Positions 38,518 to 48,488 are shown, counted from the first letter of the stretch. The stretch is DNA of 64,000 bases from Candidatus Dojkabacteria bacterium (GCA_018056375.1 JAGPFQ010000002.1:75344-139343), one strand, 5' to 3'. Numbers and translations are program-made. The notes: generated from the sequence alone by a model not told the origin.

Positions 38518-40917
38518 ATGAATATAGAGCAAGAATCTTTTTGCGAAAATCAAGAACCTGATGTAGAGGTTGTAGTGGACGATTTAAGAGGAAAAACTTT
38601 TGAAGAGTTTACTCCTGAGCAACAGGCGGAAATAGAGTATAAACGACAGGTGCTATCTACTTTAGCATATTTTATAGGGAAAGATTTTAGTATTCCTGTT
38701 GAGCTTAATGAGCCAGGAGGTGGTTGGCATTGGGATTTTGGGGACAATATCATAAGGATTGACCCAATAGGTCTTTTGGAAAAGCCTATGGATCATCTCC
38801 GTTATATTATTTCTCATGAAGGAGGACATAGAAGGATAACCAGAGTTAGTGAAGCTCAAATGGAAGATAGGCAACAAATAGGGTTTCCTTTCTTGATGAA
38901 TGTTATAGAAGACCCTCGAACAAATAATTTTGTTGCAGATGTGTATCCTAGGTTTGCGGGACAAATGAGAAGGGCATACAAAAGGAACTATGAAAAAGAA
39001 GCAGAACTGAGAGAGAAATTTAAGGGACAACTGGGACATTCTCTGCGGTATATTGATGCTGGTTTTGAATATCTCCGTCTTTGGTATGAAGAAACTGTGG
39101 GTGAGGAGAATCCTCCTGTAGATAGTAGGCTTCCAAAAGAAGTTCAAGAAGTAATTATGAGAACAAGAGAGGCTGCTCGAGATGCTTGGTTGAGATATCC
39201 ATCGAGAGAAGAAGCAGATAGTAGTGAAGAAATCATAAAACAATATTCGGAGTTTAGTTATAAGATTATTAAAGAAAAGGTTTGGCCAGAATTCAAAAAG
39301 CTCATAGAGTTAGATAGGAGAGATCAACAAATCCAAGAGTTTCTACAAGAAATGCTTCCAGAAGAAGGAGAAGGAGATGAACCAAATATCCCGCAGGAGC
39401 TTAAAGATGACTTGACACCTGAAGAACAGGAAGAGTTAGAGGGTGCCTTGAAAGGTAAGACTAAGAAGAAAGATTTAAATAATCAGGAACAAGGAGGTAC
39501 GCCGAGTAGTGGTTCTATGTATGGTAAAGGACAAGGTGGTTCCCAGATAGAAGGTTCGGAAGATGGAGGGCAAGAAAGTGATACTCAGGAAGATACAAAT
39601 TTGGAAGGAAATGGAAAACAAAATGATACAAAGGCAAAAGGTTTAGAAGGTAGTGAGAAACAAGAAAGTAATCAAAATGATAAAGGTTTAGAAGAGGATG
39701 GAGAACAAGGAGAAGCATCTTTCGATGCTTCTGGACGAAATACAATAGATTTAGATTCTCTATCCGAAGAATTAAAGGTAAAGCTTAAAGAATATATAGA
39801 CTCTTTACCAGAGGAAGCTCAACAAGAGCTGAGAGAGAAAGCAGATTCTACTTTAGGAGGTTTGGAAGAGGATTTTAATGAACAGTTAAAAGGAAAGTTA
39901 GTAGATTATTCTGCAGATGAGGGTCAAGAAGAGCCCGAAGAACAACCTGATAATTCTGTTGACTCTCAAAATCAATCTTACTCAGGTACAGAAGAAGATA
40001 AATCTGCAGATTCTCCTCTTGCAGAAAAGGAGGAATCATCACCAACGGAACAACAACAATGGTCTGGTTCGGAGCCATTTACACCCAAACCTCCTTCTGG
40101 GCAATATATATTTGGGCGTGCTCCAGATATAGAAAGAGAAGTGTCAGAAGGAGATTTAAGTCTATATGAAAGAGAGCGTCAAACGGTTTTACCATTAATT
40201 GATAAGTTAGAAAGTGATTTAAGAGAGATTTTTGTAGCAAGAAGAGCTAGTGGTTGGAAGACAGGTTTTAAAACAGGTGATAAAGTAGATATTCACAAGA
40301 GGATTCAAGAGAGAGCTCGAGGAATTCCTCCAATGGAAGGTAAATCATGGAAAAGAAGAGAAGCACCTAAGGAGAAGGATTATGCAATTACTTTATTAGT
40401 AGATTTGTCAAATTCTATGGCTGGGGCAACAATAGAGGAAACATTTAGGTCTACGATTGTTCTAGCTGAAGTTTTAAGTAGATTATCAATAAAAACAGAA
40501 ATTGTAGGTTTTAGTAATAAGAGGGAACAAGGATTGCACGAATATAAAAACTTTACAGAAGATATGGATAATCAAACAAGGAAAAAGATGAGTAATATTA
40601 TAAAAGATGTTTTTGGTGGGACAGATACGGGATGGGCTATTAAAGAAGCTTCTGAAAGACTTGCTAAACAAAATGCGACTGAAAAGTTTCTTTTGGTTCT
40701 TTCTGATGGAGATGCAAACGTACCAAAAGAATTGATCGAGGCTATGGGAAATATAGATACAAATACAGACCAAAAAGTAATAGGTCTGGGGCTTGGTCAT
40801 GGAAATGTCATTGATAAGTATTTCCCAAACAATCTTTCAATTCTTAGAGTAGAGGAAATGGCTGAAAAATTAGCAGATGTTATACGTGAGATTATTGCTA
40901 ATACAGATTCTTTCTAG
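38518..40917 (+). CDS. Multidomain protein: N-terminal HExxH metallopeptidase-like region, long acidic low-complexity linker, C-terminal von Willebrand factor A (MIDAS) domain
   Basis: ISHEGGHRR HExxH motif. Acidic D/E/Q/G-rich segment ~aa 280-500. vWA with MIDAS LLVDLSNSMAG ... LVLSDGDAN. 799 aa. Confidence 0.6.
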   Translation: MNIEQESFCENQEPDVEVVVDDLRGKTFEEFTPEQQAEIEYKRQVLSTLAYFIGKDFSIPVELNEPGGGWHWDFGDNIIRIDPIGLLEKPMDHLRYIISHEGGHRRITRVSEAQMEDRQQIGFPFLMNVIEDPRTNNFVADVYPRFAGQMRRAYKRNYEKEAELREKFKGQLGHSLRYIDAGFEYLRLWYEETVGEENPPVDSRLPKEVQEVIMRTREAARDAWLRYPSREEADSSEEIIKQYSEFSYKIIKEKVWPEFKKLIELDRRDQQIQEFLQEMLPEEGEGDEPNIPQELKDDLTPEEQEELEGALKGKTKKKDLNNQEQGGTPSSGSMYGKGQGGSQIEGSEDGGQESDTQEDTNLEGNGKQNDTKAKGLEGSEKQESNQNDKGLEEDGEQGEASFDASGRNTIDLDSLSEELKVKLKEYIDSLPEEAQQELREKADSTLGGLEEDFNEQLKGKLVDYSADEGQEEPEEQPDNSVDSQNQSYSGTEEDKSADSPLAEKEESSPTEQQQWSGSEPFTPKPPSGQYIFGRAPDIEREVSEGDLSLYERERQTVLPLIDKLESDLREIFVARRASGWKTGFKTGDKVDIHKRIQERARGIPPMEGKSWKRREAPKEKDYAITLLVDLSNSMAGATIEETFRSTIVLAEVLSRLSIKTEIVGFSNKREQGLHEYKNFTEDMDNQTRKKMSNIIKDVFGGTDTGWAIKEASERLAKQNATEKFLLVLSDGDANVPKELIEAMGNIDTNTDQKVIGLGLGHGNVIDKYFPNNLSILRVEEMAEKLADVIREIIANTDSF

Positions 40918-40931
40918 TATACTTTTTTTAT

Positions 40932-41342
40932 ATGGAAGACACATTCGAAGATTTTTTACTTAAAACAGAATCTCAGAAAGAAGTTTCTTTAGTAATAGTA
41001 CAAGAAGATCAAGATATTGAAGAAATAATTGAAGTGTTGGAGAAATTTCAATATAAGAATATGGTCAATCTTCCTAGTTTACTAAAAGAGATAGAAAGAC
41101 CTTCTAGAGTTTGTATTTTTTTGGAAAAGGTTTTCCCTAGAAAATTGTATGATTTTATTTCCCAGTATCCTACAGGAAATATTGAAGTATATGATAATGA
41201 AACATCTGGATCTCAAGTAGCTTTTCCTTTGTATGACGGAGTATCCATTGTTGTAGTAGCTAAACAATCTGCTCTTGATTATGCAAAACGTTTAGGTTAT
41301 TCAGTATTAGAGAAAGTAGGTTTAACATTTAGAAAATCATAA
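40932..41342 (+). CDS. Hypothetical protein (136 aa) between the vWA and AAA genes
   Basis: ORF of good length, co-directional and tightly spaced (14 and 5 nt gaps). No recognisable motif. Confidence 0.4.
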   Translation: MEDTFEDFLLKTESQKEVSLVIVQEDQDIEEIIEVLEKFQYKNMVNLPSLLKEIERPSRVCIFLEKVFPRKLYDFISQYPTGNIEVYDNETSGSQVAFPLYDGVSIVVVAKQSALDYAKRLGYSVLEKVGLTFRKS

Positions 41343-41347
41343 TTATT

Positions 41348-43486
41348 ATGAATCAGGGATTTACAGAGGAGTTAGTCCTAGAAGATGAAGAACAATTCGA
41401 GAGCGAAGAGTCAACACAGGGGACTGAGAATACAACGTGGGATATTGTTCAAGAGGCAGAAACAGTCTTGCAAAATACAAATCAGGAAAATGAACAAGTA
41501 TCTAACGAAGTGATTGAACATGCAGGAGGAGCTATAATTGAAACAGCAGACTCTATTTCTTACTTTGGGATAGAACTGCCCAAAGCAAAAGAAAATGATA
41601 GTCCCCTTGTTCCAAAAAGAAAAAATTATGTAGATTTTATACCAGATGATTTTTCATTAAATTTACAGAAGAATATTGCGATAAGTCTTGCTCAAGGAGA
41701 CCCTCTTCTAGTGGAGGGAGGAACTAGTATTGGGAAAACATTTGCAATAAAGAAGATGGCTGCAGAGTTGGGTTGGGAGGTACACTATATTAACCTTAAT
41801 GGTGCTACAGATGTCGAGAATTTAATGGGTAGGTATGTGCCCAATGCAAATAAGAAGAGCCCTGAAGACCCTGAGTATATTTTTGCCGATGGTAAAGTCA
41901 CTTCAGGTTTGCGACAGGAGGAGGGTAAAATTAAGATTATAGTCTTAGATGAACTTAATGCTGCATCTCCAGATGTCCTTATTAGACTTCATGAAGTTCT
42001 GGATGCTTTGAATAGTGGAGAAGATGTAGTTCTTTCAGAGAGTACAGGTGAGGGTATTCCTGTGAACAAACAAACAACCAAGATTGTAGGATTGATGAAT
42101 CCACCAGGTAAAGGGTATTTTGGTAGGGAACCACTAGATCCAGCACAATTAAGAAGATGGGTTTACTATAAAGCTCCTTCTGAACTTCCTGTAGATGCCT
42201 TCTCTGTTTCTGTGGATGAATTGTTTCGTGTTTCATCTATAGATGAGAGTAATGGAGTACTACGTAACCAAGAATTCGAAGAGGAAACTTTAGTCCCTGA
42301 GGGACAATTGGGGTCGAAGTCTAGAAGATTATCCCCTGAGCAACTCAAAGATATCGCTGGTCTGCCTGAGATATTGAGTAAATATAAGGAATTTCATATT
42401 ACTGCAAAAGAACTTGTAAAAAACAGAAAAGTTGCTGCAGATCAACCCCAACCTTTTACATTTGATGATCGTGTTGAGCCCAAGAGGGTAAGGGATTTTA
42501 TTTTGAGATATTTTAATGGAGACATAACTGAAACTTTCCAAAATGCTCTAAGATATTACTATTCTAACAAATTGGAATCAGATATAGACAGAGAGACATT
42601 AGAAGAGGCAATATTACTTGTTGAAGCTCCTGCATATCAGCGAAAATCTAATAGAAGAGGTTTAGAGGATATGGAGTCAGCATATTCAAGTACTGAAAGT
42701 AAAGAGTCAAGAGAGTTTTTAGAATTGGAGATTATAAAAAGAGAAAAAGAAGAATGGAGAAAAGTTCTCGGAGTGGATATAGAAGTAGATCCTCTCCCTG
42801 ATAGTGTTACTCCTGAATTAGTTAATTCCCTCAAACATTTAGGAATGGAGTTAAGATATATACCTAAAATAGATTTTATAGATACCTTTGATATGTATAA
42901 TGGATATATAAGACCGGACATGTTAGCACGAAAGTATCCTAATTGGAAAGGATTGGAAGGGTTAACTGAAGGACAGAGGAAAGATCCTAAGATATATAGA
43001 AATCTACCTGAGGACTATTGGAAGGATTACGGAGCAGGTACAAAGTCTAATGGTTATTGGTTAGCTGTGGAGGTTCTTCCAAAACCAGATAGAGGACAAG
43101 AGTATGTTGAGACAGAACTTTCTAAGACCTTAGAAGTAAAGACACGTTTTCTTACATACAAATATGAATTGGATAACATTTTAACACGCAAGAGATATGA
43201 CCTTCTAAAGCAGTTATTTAGAAGACAAAGCTATAGGTATGAAACTGATTTTAGATTGTTATCGCCACTTGAATGGAACTTATTAGGGAATAGAGAGGGT
43301 TGGGGAGGTACAGATACATATGAGATGATATCCTTAAAAAGTCAAGATATGGTGATAGGGAATTCTGACTTAGATGGGGCAGGGGGGTTATATGACCGTG
43401 ATCGTGATGATTTGGTAAAAAAGAAAAAGGCTGGTTTTCGTCTTGCTTTGTTTTTTGATAGGGAACAAGCTCGTCCACGAATCTAA
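41348..43486 (+). CDS. AAA+ ATPase of the AAA_5 (MoxR/CbbQ/NorQ, dynein-related) subfamily with long N- and C-terminal extensions
   Basis: Walker A EGGTSIGKT, Walker B KIIVLDELN, sensor GLMNPPG, LRRW arginine; 712 aa. Pairs with the vWA protein, as in MoxR-vWA chaperone pairs. Confidence 0.65.
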   Translation: MNQGFTEELVLEDEEQFESEESTQGTENTTWDIVQEAETVLQNTNQENEQVSNEVIEHAGGAIIETADSISYFGIELPKAKENDSPLVPKRKNYVDFIPDDFSLNLQKNIAISLAQGDPLLVEGGTSIGKTFAIKKMAAELGWEVHYINLNGATDVENLMGRYVPNANKKSPEDPEYIFADGKVTSGLRQEEGKIKIIVLDELNAASPDVLIRLHEVLDALNSGEDVVLSESTGEGIPVNKQTTKIVGLMNPPGKGYFGREPLDPAQLRRWVYYKAPSELPVDAFSVSVDELFRVSSIDESNGVLRNQEFEEETLVPEGQLGSKSRRLSPEQLKDIAGLPEILSKYKEFHITAKELVKNRKVAADQPQPFTFDDRVEPKRVRDFILRYFNGDITETFQNALRYYYSNKLESDIDRETLEEAILLVEAPAYQRKSNRRGLEDMESAYSSTESKESREFLELEIIKREKEEWRKVLGVDIEVDPLPDSVTPELVNSLKHLGMELRYIPKIDFIDTFDMYNGYIRPDMLARKYPNWKGLEGLTEGQRKDPKIYRNLPEDYWKDYGAGTKSNGYWLAVEVLPKPDRGQEYVETELSKTLEVKTRFLTYKYELDNILTRKRYDLLKQLFRRQSYRYETDFRLLSPLEWNLLGNREGWGGTDTYEMISLKSQDMVIGNSDLDGAGGLYDRDRDDLVKKKKAGFRLALFFDREQARPRI

Positions 43487-43551
43487 TTCTAGTATCTTGC
43501 GAAATAAGGGAGAGTAGGTATTAGGCTCTTGCTTTCTTCTCTGGTATCTCT

Positions 43552-44532
43552 TTACTGAAAACCTACATCTTTGCCTTCATACCAATCTAGTGTGTCTTGT
43601 ATTGTCTTGTGGATGTCTCTAGCTTTAAATCCTAGCTCTTTCTCTGCTTTACTACTATCTGTTAGGTGGTTAGAGTGTAGTACCTCAATAGCATATTCTG
43701 TAAATACAGGTTTCTTTTTTAATAATTTATAAAAGAATTCTGCAATTGGAGCAAGGAATTTAATTATACATGTAGGAGCCTTGATTTTTGGTCCAGGTGT
43801 ATCTGTTATCTTTGCTAATAGTTGGAAGAGTTCAAAGATGGTTATACTTTGTCCTGCGAGTAGGTAACCTTCTCCTGTTCTTCCTTTTTCTAATGCAAGG
43901 ATAATACCATTTGCAACATCTCTTACATCTACAAAATTATATCCTCCTTCTATATAGAATACTTTGGAGTATTTTCTAGCATCTTTGATTAAACTACCAA
44001 ACTCTGAGTGTCTAAAGTCATATGGTCCTACTATTCCAGAAGGGTAGACCACTACAGTGTCTAATCCCTCTTTGGCTGCTGTTAGAATTTCTCTGGTTGC
44101 CAGTACTTTTGTTTTTCCATATTCATCTTTTATACCTGTTATCTTTGCTAATTTCTCAATGATAGGGATACCCTTTGGTGGTTCATAGAGTGCATGTATA
44201 GAGCTTGTGTAGAGGAGTCTTTGCACCTTGGCTTTTTTACATGCTTCTATGACAGTCTTTGTACCTTCTACATTGACATCATACATGAGTTGTTCTTTAC
44301 CTGGTGCTATTGATATGATACCAGCTAGGTGGCATACATATTTTGCTTTTTTGAATATATTGGTAAGAAAATCTAAGTCTCTGATATCACCCTGATAATA
44401 TACTATATCTAATCCTTCTAAGGCTTTGTCTTTTGGATCTCGGTCTATAACTCCAACCTTATAGCCCTTAGAGAGTAGGGCTCTCACTAATACATTTCCT
44501 ACGTGACCTGAACCACCTGTGACTATTACCAT
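43552..44532 (-). CDS. NAD-dependent epimerase/dehydratase (extended SDR) family protein
   Basis: N-terminal Rossmann motif VTGGSGHVGNVLVRALL and an extended-SDR fold, 326 aa. Confidence 0.65.
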   Translation of the reverse strand: MVIVTGGSGHVGNVLVRALLSKGYKVGVIDRDPKDKALEGLDIVYYQGDIRDLDFLTNIFKKAKYVCHLAGIISIAPGKEQLMYDVNVEGTKTVIEACKKAKVQRLLYTSSIHALYEPPKGIPIIEKLAKITGIKDEYGKTKVLATREILTAAKEGLDTVVVYPSGIVGPYDFRHSEFGSLIKDARKYSKVFYIEGGYNFVDVRDVANGIILALEKGRTGEGYLLAGQSITIFELFQLLAKITDTPGPKIKAPTCIIKFLAPIAEFFYKLLKKKPVFTEYAIEVLHSNHLTDSSKAEKELGFKARDIHKTIQDTLDWYEGKDVGFQ

Positions 44533-44624
44533 ACATTTTCATTATATTCTCTTTTCTAAGAAGTAGTCAAATAGATATCTCTACTGAGTTGCATCCAAGA
44601 GTGATCAAGTTTGAAATAACGTGA

Positions 44625-45452
44625 TTATACTTTGTTGAATTTTTTGTAATATAATCCTTGTTTGAGATTTCTCATTATAGTATCTGTCTCTTCATTGTAA
44701 ACAGCATCTTTTATAAAATCTGTAGTCTCTAATAATTCTTTCATCATATCTAATGATTTCTTTCCCCAACCTTCAATCTTAATACCATCCTTATTCATTT
44801 TGTTTAAATAGAGGTTTCTTTGTTTGTTAATAGTGCTTAATCCTATTAAAAATCTCTTACTTAATTTCCCATTTTCATTAAGTATTTTATCTAAAAATGG
44901 GTCTAAATCAACTAAAAAAATCTGATTACTTTCACATTCGTAAACAAATTGTACTGGTCGAAATATATCCGTAAGGTAAAAAGAACTTTTGTCAGCTGAA
45001 AGATATTTATATAAACTATAATTAGTAATATTTGTTAACCATTTGTCCATTTGAATGTAGAAATTTTCTTTATCGTAATCCCAACAACATTGATAATCAA
45101 GAGGAAGACATCTTCCTTCTATAAATTCAGACATTAGACATAGACCACTTCCTTTAGATCCTTCTTTTGTATGAAAATGTGATACAAAGAGCATGTATTC
45201 AGGGATTTGTATGTCAAATTCATTTAATTCTGATGTGAGGGCTTGGAAGTTTTTAGCAACTTCGAGATAGTTCGGTCCTATAGAGAAACGTCTTTGGTCG
45301 GATAGAGAGGGTGGTCTTAATACGTACTTTTTCCCATTTTCTTCTGGCTGGTAAACTATAAGACGGGTGTCTGTCTTTCCTCCAACATCTATGTAAGTAG
45401 AATTTTTGTCGTCGTGATAGATGCAATCAGTATAATAGTGTTCTTCTTCCAT
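44625..45452 (-). CDS. Hypothetical protein with protein-kinase-like/APH-like fold motifs
   Basis: YVLR (Lys-region), hinge-like SEFIEG, catalytic-loop-like TDIFRPVQFV and DFG-like LVDLDPF. 275 aa. Weak assignment. Confidence 0.35.
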   Translation of the reverse strand: MEEEHYYTDCIYHDDKNSTYIDVGGKTDTRLIVYQPEENGKKYVLRPPSLSDQRRFSIGPNYLEVAKNFQALTSELNEFDIQIPEYMLFVSHFHTKEGSKGSGLCLMSEFIEGRCLPLDYQCCWDYDKENFYIQMDKWLTNITNYSLYKYLSADKSSFYLTDIFRPVQFVYECESNQIFLVDLDPFLDKILNENGKLSKRFLIGLSTINKQRNLYLNKMNKDGIKIEGWGKKSLDMMKELLETTDFIKDAVYNEETDTIMRNLKQGLYYKKFNKV

Positions 45453-45526
45453 TTATTATTATACCATATTCTATAGGGTTGCGCTATTGGGAAACTTTTT
45501 TCTTTGTAAAAGTAAAGGTTCCTTCC

Positions 45527-46213
45527 TTACTCAGCACTATATACAATCTTTACACTTTGTCCCATTGTTGGGGCTAAGTGCATCTTGTTAATCATCAACT
45601 CTGGTGTTCTTCCTACAACCTCCGAGATTGCTAGTAGGGCAGAGTGGAGATTTTCAATAAGCTTCTCATCTTCTAGGTCTAGTTTTCCAACACTCATATG
45701 TACAACTCCTGATGGATCGCATGCAAATGTTTGCTTTCCTTTTTTATATTCAGATACTGCATTTACAATATCTTCAGTTACTGTACCATTCTTTGGACTT
45801 GGCATGAGTCCTTTTGGCCCTAGTTCTTTACCTAATATAGCAATCTTTGGCATTACATCTGGTGTTGCAATTGCTACATCAAAATCAATCTTTCCTGCTT
45901 TGATATCTTTAATTAAGTTCTCTAAACCAACAACATCTGCTCCTGCTTTCTTTGCTTCTTCCTCTTTGTTAGGTGTACAAAATACTGCTATTTTTACTTG
46001 TTTTGTATCTGTTGTATGTGGTAATGATACTGCTCCTTTAAGAGATTTTGGATCTTTATCTTTAGGAAGTTTAAGGTCAACATGAAGTTCTAATGAACCA
46101 GTGAACTTAGAGTATGAGAGCTCTTTTGCTTTTTTTACTCCTTCTTCTATGGTATATGTAGCTGTTCTATCTAAATCCTTTGCGATTTTTTTGTAGTTTT
46201 TTCCTCTTTTCAT
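45527..46213 (-). CDS. rplA: 50S ribosomal protein L1
   Basis: Typical L1 sequence, 228 aa, immediately downstream of rplK. Confidence 0.9.
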   Translation of the reverse strand: MKRGKNYKKIAKDLDRTATYTIEEGVKKAKELSYSKFTGSLELHVDLKLPKDKDPKSLKGAVSLPHTTDTKQVKIAVFCTPNKEEEAKKAGADVVGLENLIKDIKAGKIDFDVAIATPDVMPKIAILGKELGPKGLMPSPKNGTVTEDIVNAVSEYKKGKQTFACDPSGVVHMSVGKLDLEDEKLIENLHSALLAISEVVGRTPELMINKMHLAPTMGQSVKIVYSAE

Positions 46214-46226
46214 ATATTTATTCTAT

Positions 46227-46655
46227 TTAGTTAATATCAGTATCAATACCCATTTGTTTTGCAGTACCTGCAACTATTTTTGCTGCTTGTTCTGGGTCTG
46301 ATGTATTAAGGTCTGGTAGTTTAATATCAACGATTTTCATAATCTGTTCTTTTGTTAACTTTCCAACTTTTTTTAAGTTTGGTTGTCCTGATCCTTTTTT
46401 AATATTCAATTCTCTTCTGATTAGTTCTGAAGTAGGGGGAGTTTTAAGGATGAAGGAGAAGGTTCTATCTTCGTAGATTGTTAAAACTACTGGAGTAAGA
46501 ATACCATTGGCTTCCTTTGTTTTTTCATTAAACTGTGTACAGAAATCTTGTGTGTTAATACCATAAGGGGCTAGGGTAGGACCAATGGGTGGTGCCATAG
46601 ATGCTTGTCCTGCAGGTATTGTGATTTTAATGATTTGTTTAATCTCTTTTGCCAT
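46227..46655 (-). CDS. rplK: 50S ribosomal protein L11
   Basis: KITIPAGQASMAPPIGPTLAPYGIN conserved L11 N-terminus, 142 aa. Confidence 0.92.
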   Translation of the reverse strand: MAKEIKQIIKITIPAGQASMAPPIGPTLAPYGINTQDFCTQFNEKTKEANGILTPVVLTIYEDRTFSFILKTPPTSELIRRELNIKKGSGQPNLKKVGKLTKEQIMKIVDIKLPDLNTSDPEQAAKIVAGTAKQMGIDTDIN

Positions 46656-46671
46656 ATTTTTATATATTTAA

Positions 46672-47271
46672 CTAAAGTTTTGTTACTTGAGAGAGCTCTA
46701 AATCTACAGGAGCTTCTCTACCTAAGAATGAGATGAGGACTTTTATCTTACCCTTAGCTGTATCTATTTCTTGGACACTTCCTATGAAATCAGCAAATGC
46801 ACCTTCTGTGATTTTAACTGCTTCTCCAATACTGAATGATGTCTGGAACGAAGGTTGTTCTACTTCCATAAATTTGGTAATCGCTTTTACTTCGCTCTCT
46901 GCCAATGGCTTTGGATATCTATCTGTTTTTACAAAACCTCTTACACCGTCAGTATTTTGTACTAAATCCCATGTCTTATTATCTAATTCCATTTTAATTA
47001 GGATGTAACCTGGGAATATCTTCTCTTCTTTGATCTCCTGTTTTCCTTTCTTTACGAAAATCTTTTTCTGTACGGGTACTAACATTTCAGAAATCTTATC
47101 TTCCATTCCTGTTGCTTCTGCCCTTTGTCTTATCTCTTTCTGGATTTTATTCTCATATCCATTTCTAATGTTTAATACATACCACTTTGCATTTGGATTG
47201 TCCTTTTTTACTGTCTGGACATCCTTCTTTTCTTTTGTCTTTTTTGCAACCTTTTTCTCAGCCATTTTCAA
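46672..47271 (-). CDS. nusG: Transcription termination/antitermination factor NusG
   Basis: NGN domain (KWYVLNIRNGYENKI) and C-terminal KOW motif (GEAVKITEGAFADFIGSVQEID), 199 aa. Confidence 0.9.
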   Translation of the reverse strand: MKMAEKKVAKKTKEKKDVQTVKKDNPNAKWYVLNIRNGYENKIQKEIRQRAEATGMEDKISEMLVPVQKKIFVKKGKQEIKEEKIFPGYILIKMELDNKTWDLVQNTDGVRGFVKTDRYPKPLAESEVKAITKFMEVEQPSFQTSFSIGEAVKITEGAFADFIGSVQEIDTAKGKIKVLISFLGREAPVDLELSQVTKL

Positions 47272-47276
47272 TCTTA

Positions 47277-47450
47277 TTAAATTTTAAGAAACCAATCTCT
47301 TATATGTGCTAATCCTAAGTCTAGGAATACCATTGTAAGAGAGAGGAGTATACTGATAATTAGTACATAGATTGTCATGTTAAGAACATCCTTCTTGGAA
47401 GGCCATGTACTTTTTTTCAATTCACTTATTATATTTTTTAAAAATTTCAT
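47277..47450 (-). CDS. secE: Preprotein translocase subunit SecE (57 aa; below the ORF-track length cutoff)
   Basis: Manual reverse-strand translation MKFLKNIISELKKSTWPSKKDVLNMTIYVLIISILLSLTMVFLDLGLAHIRDWFLKI, with the SecE KK..WP motif plus a single TM. Canonical position upstream of nusG. Confidence 0.8.
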   Translation of the reverse strand: MKFLKNIISELKKSTWPSKKDVLNMTIYVLIISILLSLTMVFLDLGLAHIRDWFLKI

Positions 47451-47468
47451 ATTCTTCTCTATTTAATT

Positions 47469-47544
47469 TGGCAGGCCCACACCGACTCGAACGGTGAACT
47501 ACGGTTTTGGAGACCGCTGTTTTACCAATTGAAACTATGGGCCC
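47469..47544 (-). tRNA. tRNA-Trp (anticodon CCA), CCA 3' end encoded
   Basis: Reverse complement folds as acceptor GGGCCCA/TGGGCCT, D-arm GTTT-CAATTGGTA-AAAC, anticodon stem GCGGT/ACCGT, loop CTCCAAA, T-arm CACCG-TTCGAGT-CGGTG, G-CCA. Canonical rpmG-tRNATrp-secE context. Confidence 0.8.
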
Positions 47545-47568
47545 GTATTGGTAAGAACAACACAGAAA

Positions 47569-47736
47569 CTACTGTTTTACCTTAGTCTCCTTATGTTCGG
47601 TATGACCTTTGCAAGTCTTACAGAACTTCTTTAGTTCGATTTTATCTTTAACATTTCTAGTCTTGTATACGGTGTAGTTTTTACTATCACATTTTGTACA
47701 TTTAAAGGCTATTATGTCTCTTTTTACTTTTGCCAT
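47569..47736 (-). CDS. rpmG: 50S ribosomal protein L33 (55 aa; missing from the ORF track)
   Basis: Manual translation MAKVKRDIIAFKCTKCDSKNYTVYKTRNVKDKIELKKFCKTCKGHTEHKETKVKQ, with the L33 CxxC...CxxC zinc ribbon and KLELKKF motif. Confidence 0.8.
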   Translation of the reverse strand: MAKVKRDIIAFKCTKCDSKNYTVYKTRNVKDKIELKKFCKTCKGHTEHKETKVKQ

Positions 47737-47823
47737 TCCCGGAACGAAACTAAATTAGAATATTTATTATGGGAAATACTAGCGTATTATATTGTAAATT
47801 GATGGTGAGGTCAAATATTTTAC

Positions 47824-48402
47824 TTAGATTTCCATTGGACCTTTGATATCTTCTACTGTTGGAGGTGTTGAGGTATTGGGAGTAGGGGTATCTGAGTATG
47901 TAATTTCTACTTGAGTGGTGGGAATATAGTTGTCTTTTATTGTTTTTTTTATTAAATTTACTCCTGTATCTACCCATCCTTCCACAGCGTTATTGTATCC
48001 ACTTAGGTTGTTGTCTCCTATGCGCATATCGGTATTAGGAGTTTCTGGGATGATAAAAGTACAGTATTTATCACCTCTTTGAAATCTTATATCTGTTTCG
48101 GTAATGCGTCTTTCTTCATCTCGAATAGGTTTGATACTGACTATTGGTGTTGTTGATAATGGAGGTTTCTTACTTTCTTCTCCTTTTTTTAATATGAGGG
48201 TAATTTTGTCAGCATTGTTTAGAACTTTTTGGATGGCATCAAGGGAGAGTATGTATTCTAAGTTTTTTCGAATTGCTTTAAGTTTCTCTCGATCTTGTAC
48301 TTCTAGAGGTCCAAACATGCTTCCTCGTGGATCATATTTTTTTATATCTTTTAGTTGTCTTGCCCAAGCACCTGTAAAATTTGTACTTTCACTAAATCCC
48401 AT
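47824..48402 (-). CDS. Hypothetical protein (192 aa)
   Basis: ORF only. Thr/Pro-rich C-terminal tail. No motif recognised. Confidence 0.4.
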   Translation of the reverse strand: MGFSESTNFTGAWARQLKDIKKYDPRGSMFGPLEVQDREKLKAIRKNLEYILSLDAIQKVLNNADKITLILKKGEESKKPPLSTTPIVSIKPIRDEERRITETDIRFQRGDKYCTFIIPETPNTDMRIGDNNLSGYNNAVEGWVDTGVNLIKKTIKDNYIPTTQVEITYSDTPTPNTSTPPTVEDIKGPMEI

Positions 48403-48488
48403 TTTTATTTATTAACAAATTATTAACTTTATCATAGCAGATTCAAATGGAGAAATAAATTTGTTTAAGAAGGTTCCTTTATATTCTT

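Noticed and set aside
39330-40080. Low-complexity acidic G/E/Q/D-rich stretch, considered as a simple-sequence repeat or noncoding
   Set aside because: It is in frame within a 799-aa ORF flanked by recognisable HExxH and vWA domains, so it is interpreted as a disordered acidic linker.
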